DNA of 64,000 nucleotides, from the NCBI GenBank assembly GCA_963836755.1, contig CAWIKF010000002.1, positions 864,001 to 928,000 of the forward strand, given 5' to 3'. The notes beneath the pieces were generated by a model that saw nothing but the letters and a program-made list of their open reading frames with translations, was not told the origin of the DNA and did no database searches. Below are positions 59,602 to 64,000 of this stretch, in pieces (the stretch's first letter is position 1; every line of letters starts with the position of its first letter). This stretch comes from an uncultured Verrucomicrobiae bacterium. Its GTDB lineage: Bacteria; Verrucomicrobiota; Verrucomicrobiia; Chthoniobacterales; Chthoniobacteraceae. Made by a program: the position numbers and the translations under genes.

Positions 59602-59661
59602 GCCTAACGAGAACAAGCTTAACTACAGGCTGAGCTTATTAGCTGCATCGCATGGTTACTA
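59602..59661 (-). mobile_element. Degenerate integron attC site
   Basis: Minus strand: TAGTAAC-CATGC-GATGCAGC...GTTAAGC-TTGTTCTC-GTTAGGC (R''-5-L''...L'-8-R'), 60 bp. Confidence 0.6.
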
Positions 59662-59662
59662 C

Positions 59663-59818
59663 TCATCGGATATGTCGCGACATGAACTGATAGTGGCTCG
59701 ACGATGGGAGGGGGGTGATGTTGTCTTCGACTGCCTGATCGATAAAGCCGCGTTTGGCTCGTTTTGATGCGGGCGTCGGGGTTGGCGTGGGGTCTGGTGC
59801 TGGTGTTGAATTGCTCAT
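59663..59818 (-). pseudogene. Short 51-aa ORF, probable truncated gene ending at the attC
   Basis: Not in the ORF track: MSNSTPAPDPTPTPTPASKRAKRGFIDQAVEDNITPLPSSSHYQFMSRHIR; the stop is 1 bp from R''. Confidence 0.4.
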
Positions 59819-59925
59819 TTTGTTGGTTTTTTTGGTGGTTTGCGGGAGATTTTGCCGAATGAAGGCTGGAGTGACCTTTAAAGTGTCCGATTTCTGCTGG
59901 GATCGACCCCGAATTGGATTAAATG

Positions 59926-60135
59926 GATGTCCGATATCGTTTCCTGGACGTCCGATAGCCCTAAACAGGTATCTTTTCCCGTTTCCTCGATGTCCGTTCC
60001 GGTTTCAGCGGCGCCGGGTCCGGCTTCATCGACGGCCGTTGCGGCATAGGCGATGCCGGTTCCGGTCTCCACGATGTCGGTTCCGGCCCCATCGGCGGCC
60101 GATCCGGGGTGCGAGACGGGTCGGCGAATCGCTCG
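59926..60135. repeat. Degenerate tandem array, about 10 x 21 bp
   Basis: Units start at 59926, 59947, 59968, 59989, 60010, 60031, 60052, 60073, 60094 and 60115; consensus approx GAYGTCCGTTCCGGTTTCNNC. Confidence 0.8.
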
Positions 60136-60418
60136 CGCCGCGTGATTGGGTCCGCTCGGGTCCGTTGGGTTGGGTGTCATCTTCGCCGCCTGCCTCGGGA
60201 TCACGTGCGGGAATTCCATGCGGAGTGGCGAGTTCTTTTTGAGAAATTGTCTGCCCAGTTTGAAAAAGTTTGCGCAATCGGATGCGCGAGGGGTTGCTGA
60301 GGCGACAGGCGTTCATTCGAAAAGTGCGATCAATGGCGCGCACGCTGCCAATGTTAAGATTGTGCGACGGGTCGTCCGGCGGATTGCATGCGGGACGGGT
60401 TGCGATGTAAGGTGCGCG

Positions 60419-62563
60419 ATGAATTTTGGAGCGCCGGAGCATTTCATCAACCGCGAGTTGAGCTGGCTGGAGTTCAATCGCCGGGTGCTGGAGGAGGCGC
60501 AGGATGCGAGTCAGCCGTTGATGGAGCGGGTGAAGTTCCTGAGCATCTTCAGCTCGAATCTGGACGAGTTTTTCGAGATCCGCGTGGCGGGGATCAAGCA
60601 GCAGATCGAGAGCGGCGCGAATGACGCAGGGCCCGATGACATCCCGCCGCTGGAGCTTTTCGAGAGAATCCAAAAGCTGACGCACGAGCTGGTGGCGAGG
60701 GAATACGCGCTCTGGAACGATGAGCTGGTGCCGCAGCTGGCGCAGCAGCGGATCGTGATTCACGAGATCGCGTCCTTGAGTGAGGAGAACGCGAAATGGG
60801 CGAATGATTATTTCCGCAAGGAGGTTTTCCCGGTGCTGACGCCGCTGGCGGTCGATGCGAGCCATCCGTTCCCGCAGGTGTTGAATAAAAGTCACAACAT
60901 CATCGTGCGCGCGCGGCGGCCGGCGGCGGAGGAGCCGCTGTATGCGATCGTGCAGGTGCCGCGCGTGGTGCCGCGGTTGATCTCGCTGCCGCGCGGGAAA
61001 GGGGAGACGGAGCCGTGGGGCTACATTTATCTCGCGTCGCTCATCAAGCATCATGTGGATGAACTTTTTCCCGGTCTCGTGCTCGATGGCGTGCACGCCT
61101 TTCGCAGCACGCGCAACAGCGATCTCTACATCGACGATGAAGAAGCGGAAAATTTGCTGCGAATGATCGAGCAGGAATTGCGGCGGACGAACAAGGGGCG
61201 CGTGGTGCGGCTGGAGCTCGAGGATGATTGCCCGGCGGAGCTCGAGCGGCTGTTGCGGGAAACTTTCGGGCTCGGCGAGGCGGATGTCTATCGAGTGAAT
61301 GGCCCGCTCTCGATGACGCATCTCGCGCCGCTGATCTTTTCCGATGCTTTTGCAAAGCTGCGCGACCGGCCATTCATCCCGGCGCACGATCCGACGCTGC
61401 CGGCGCATGCGGATGTGCTCGAGGTGATGCGGAAGCAGGATGTTTTACTCCATCATCCGTATGAAAGTTTCGACGATGTGGTGCATCTCATCGAGCGGGC
61501 TGCCACGGACCCGCAGGTGCTGGCGATCAAGATGACGCTTTATCGCACGAGCGGAGATTCGCCGATCGTGAAGGCGCTCAGCGATGCGGCGATGGCGGGG
61601 AAACAGGTGACCACGATTGTCGAGGTGAAGGCGCGCTTCGACGAGGCGAACAACATCCAATGGGCGAAGCAACTGGAGGAGGCCGGTGTGCACGTTGTTT
61701 ACGGAGTGCTGGGGCTGAAGACGCATTGCAAGCTGCTGCTGATCGTGCGGCGGGACGAGGACAGGATTCGGCATTACGCGCACCTCGGCACCGGGAACTA
61801 TCACCCGCGCACGGCGCGCATTTACACGGACCTGAGCCTGCTGACGACGAACGACGACCTGACGCAGGAAGTGGCGACATTGTTTAACACGCTGACGGGG
61901 CTCGCGGAGTATCCCGGTTTTCAAAAGTTGCTCGTCGCGCCGTTCGATCTCTGCCGCCGTTTCAAGGAAATGATCGAACGCGAACGCGCGCACGCGGAGG
62001 CGGGACGGCCGGGGCACATCATTCTCAAGCTGAACTCGCTCGTCGATGAGGACATCATCGTCGCGCTCTACGAGGCGTCGGCTGCCGGGGTGAAGATCGA
62101 CTTGATCGTGCGCGGGATTTGCTGTCTGCGACCCGGGCTGCCGGGCGTGAGCGAAAATATTCGCGTCATCAGCATCGTCGGCCGCTTCCTCGAACACAGC
62201 CGGATTTACTACTTCGCCAATAACGGTTCGCCCGACCTTTATCTCGGCAGCGCAGACTGGATGCCGCGGAACTTTTACCGCCGCGTCGAGGTCGCCTTCC
62301 CAATTCTCGACCCGAAGCTTCGCAATGAAATCATCACCGGCATGCTCCCGGCGTTTTTAAACGACCGCGTGAAGGCGCGGCAGTTGCAATCCGATGGCTC
62401 CTACATCCGGCTGCATCCGGCGGAGGGCGAGCAGCCATCGCAGGCGCAACTTTATTTCCGCAAACGCGCGCGCAGCAGTGCTTCGAGTCCGGCTGACCCG
62501 GCTGCGGCGCCTCGGCTGGTTCCGATTCAGCGGCCGACGGAAACCGCGCGCATCACGACTTGA
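60419..62563 (+). CDS. ppk1: Polyphosphate kinase 1
   Basis: FINRELSWLEFNRRVL, SNLDEFF, HHPYESF, KARFDE, GLKTHCK, GRFLEHSR, SADWMPRN. Confidence 0.97.
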   Translation: MNFGAPEHFINRELSWLEFNRRVLEEAQDASQPLMERVKFLSIFSSNLDEFFEIRVAGIKQQIESGANDAGPDDIPPLELFERIQKLTHELVAREYALWNDELVPQLAQQRIVIHEIASLSEENAKWANDYFRKEVFPVLTPLAVDASHPFPQVLNKSHNIIVRARRPAAEEPLYAIVQVPRVVPRLISLPRGKGETEPWGYIYLASLIKHHVDELFPGLVLDGVHAFRSTRNSDLYIDDEEAENLLRMIEQELRRTNKGRVVRLELEDDCPAELERLLRETFGLGEADVYRVNGPLSMTHLAPLIFSDAFAKLRDRPFIPAHDPTLPAHADVLEVMRKQDVLLHHPYESFDDVVHLIERAATDPQVLAIKMTLYRTSGDSPIVKALSDAAMAGKQVTTIVEVKARFDEANNIQWAKQLEEAGVHVVYGVLGLKTHCKLLLIVRRDEDRIRHYAHLGTGNYHPRTARIYTDLSLLTTNDDLTQEVATLFNTLTGLAEYPGFQKLLVAPFDLCRRFKEMIERERAHAEAGRPGHIILKLNSLVDEDIIVALYEASAAGVKIDLIVRGICCLRPGLPGVSENIRVISIVGRFLEHSRIYYFANNGSPDLYLGSADWMPRNFYRRVEVAFPILDPKLRNEIITGMLPAFLNDRVKARQLQSDGSYIRLHPAEGEQPSQAQLYFRKRARSSASSPADPAAAPRLVPIQRPTETARITT

Positions 62564-63269
62564 CGGCGCGGGTCGCGGTCCTTTTGGTCGGGCGTTTTTT
62601 TAAACCCGCATCGACCGGATTGACATCCCAAAGGCGCAAGCCGCCGAGCATCGCATTTTCATTGATGCCGCGGCGGACGCCGGCGGGCAGCACTTCGATT
62701 TTTTTCACGTTGCCGCCGCCGAGCATGACGTAATCCGCCATGAAGGCGCTTTTCAAATTTCCCACGACGTCGAAGACCGCGGTCTCCCATTTCGATTGTC
62801 CCACTTTTTTTAACGTCCGTTTGCTCACGCGATCCTCATAAGTCTGGCCGCCTGTGTAGTGCAGCTCGCTCAATTCCAGCGGAATCACCGTCCCTTCCCA
62901 AACGAGCGCCGAGCCGAGGCCAGTCCCGAGGCCAAGGAAAAGCATGCGCCCTCCCTCATAGCTGCCGAGCGCCTGCATCGCTGCATCGTTCATGACTTTG
63001 ACCGGTTTTTTGAAAGCCTTTTCGAAATCAAAATTGAACCAGCCAGTGCCGAGATTGTGCGGCGGCTTTGCGGGTTTGTTGTTCACGATCGGCGCGGGAA
63101 AGCCGATGGATACTGCATCGAACGTCCAATCCGTCGTCAACTCATTCACCGCGCGAACAAGCTGGCGCGGTGTAAACTTTTCGCCGGAATCAAATCTGCG
63201 GCGCTCTTTCGAGCCGGAGAACATCAATTTCACGTGGCTGCCGCCGATGTCGATGACGAGGATTTTCAT
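62553..63269 (-). CDS. ROK-family (polyphosphate) glucokinase-like protein
   Basis: IDIGGSHVK, SIGFPAP, NDAAMQALG, GLGTGLGSA, LGGGN; convergent 11-bp overlap with ppk1. Confidence 0.8.
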   Translation of the reverse strand: MKILVIDIGGSHVKLMFSGSKERRRFDSGEKFTPRQLVRAVNELTTDWTFDAVSIGFPAPIVNNKPAKPPHNLGTGWFNFDFEKAFKKPVKVMNDAAMQALGSYEGGRMLFLGLGTGLGSALVWEGTVIPLELSELHYTGGQTYEDRVSKRTLKKVGQSKWETAVFDVVGNLKSAFMADYVMLGGGNVKKIEVLPAGVRRGINENAMLGGLRLWDVNPVDAGLKKRPTKRTATRAVKS

Positions 63270-63305
63270 TCGAAAAATTTTTCCTTCGCGCGTGAACCGG
63301 CGGAG

Positions 63306-64000
63306 TTAAAGGATCGCGAGTTTGTCGAATTTCCGGCCGAGCACCAGTTCGCTTTTGGTGCCGAGCCACTGCTCGAGCACGCTCGCGTAAACCTGCCGGA
63401 AATCGATGTGATGGCGCACGTCGCCATCGAGCAGGTTTTTTAAATCGGGCGCGTCGCCGTGCAGGCCGCCCTTCAGTTTTTCGCCAAACAAAAACATCGG
63501 CGCCGCCGCGCCATGATCGGTGCCTTGGCTGCCGTTCTCCGCCGTGCGCCTTCCGAATTCGCTGAAGGCGAGCATGACGACGCGATCGGCGTTTTTTTGC
63601 GCGCGCAAATCTTCGTTAAACGCGCGAACACTTGTGGCAACATCCCGTAAAAGCCGCGCGTGCGTGCCTATCTGGTTTGCGTGCGTGTCGAATCCGCCCT
63701 GGACGACGTAATAAACGCGCGTCGGGAAATTCCCGGCAATGAGTTTGCTGATCATCCGAAGCTGATTGGCGAGCTGAGAATCCGGATAGTTCGCGTGCTC
63801 CTTCGTCTTGCCGAGAATCGTGCGGATGCGGTCGCCGGCGAGCACGGCATTCATCGCGGTGTGTTTTAAAAAATCGATCGTCTCCGGCTCGTTGCCCATG
63901 ATGCCGCCGAGGTTTGCCATGTTCATCACACCGCCCTGTGGCGTGCCAGGTTGGTTCAATTTGGCGAAGATCGCGTTTTGCGCTTTCGCGAGACCGAGGG
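63306..64000 (-). CDS. DUF1501 domain protein (C-terminal part; start beyond window end)
   Basis: GGFDTHANQ, FSEFGRR, GTDHG, DFRQVYA. Confidence 0.88.
   Translation of the reverse strand, partial: LGLAKAQNAIFAKLNQPGTPQGGVMNMANLGGIMGNEPETIDFLKHTAMNAVLAGDRIRTILGKTKEHANYPDSQLANQLRMISKLIAGNFPTRVYYVVQGGFDTHANQIGTHARLLRDVATSVRAFNEDLRAQKNADRVVMLAFSEFGRRTAENGSQGTDHGAAAPMFLFGEKLKGGLHGDAPDLKNLLDGDVRHHIDFRQVYASVLEQWLGTKSELVLGRKFDKLAIL

Noticed and set aside
60146..60418. N-terminal extension of ppk1 in the ORF track
   Set aside because: Non-homologous open-frame run-in; the conserved PPK1 N-terminus begins right after ATG 60419.
1..64000. tRNA, rRNA, IS/transposase or prophage genes
   Set aside because: None recognised by eye; a tRNAscan/Infernal run would be needed to exclude small ncRNAs.

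Overview
Bacterial chromosomal window, GC-rich and gene-dense. It is most likely from Verrucomicrobia (Chthoniobacterales-like), inferred from a PEP-CTERM protein, DUF1501, a PEGA-domain Ser/Thr kinase and the attC style. Most of it is housekeeping: pyrimidine catabolism (preA, mmsA), the coaD-yceD-rpmF-plsX-fabH cluster, bioB, deoB/pdp, a three-gene REC/PP2C/histidine-kinase signalling cluster, miaA-hflX, hemW, actP, ilvD, obgE, argCJBD-F, hppA, pepF, yebC, rho, uvrA, ileS-lspA, smc, ppk1 and a ppgK-like kinase. I see no rRNA, tRNA, CRISPR, transposase or integrase. Two short islands with lower GC by eye (about 23.0-25.3 kb and 58.7-60.2 kb) stand out. Each has a degenerate tandem array with strict ~21-bp (two helical turn) phasing: 6 x 41 bp in the first and about 10 x 21 bp in the second. 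In both, the array lies upstream of integron-type recombination sites (an attI-like simple site with a Pc-like promoter in the first; a degenerate attC in the second) and small cassette-like genes, with no intI in the window. Other notable signals are tandem NrdR-like boxes upstream of smc, a plant-PYD1-like DPD subunit, an FHA pseudo-cyclase paired with a kinase, a truncated ALDH and non-canonical IleRS signature motifs. All family calls come from motif recognition by eye, not database searches.
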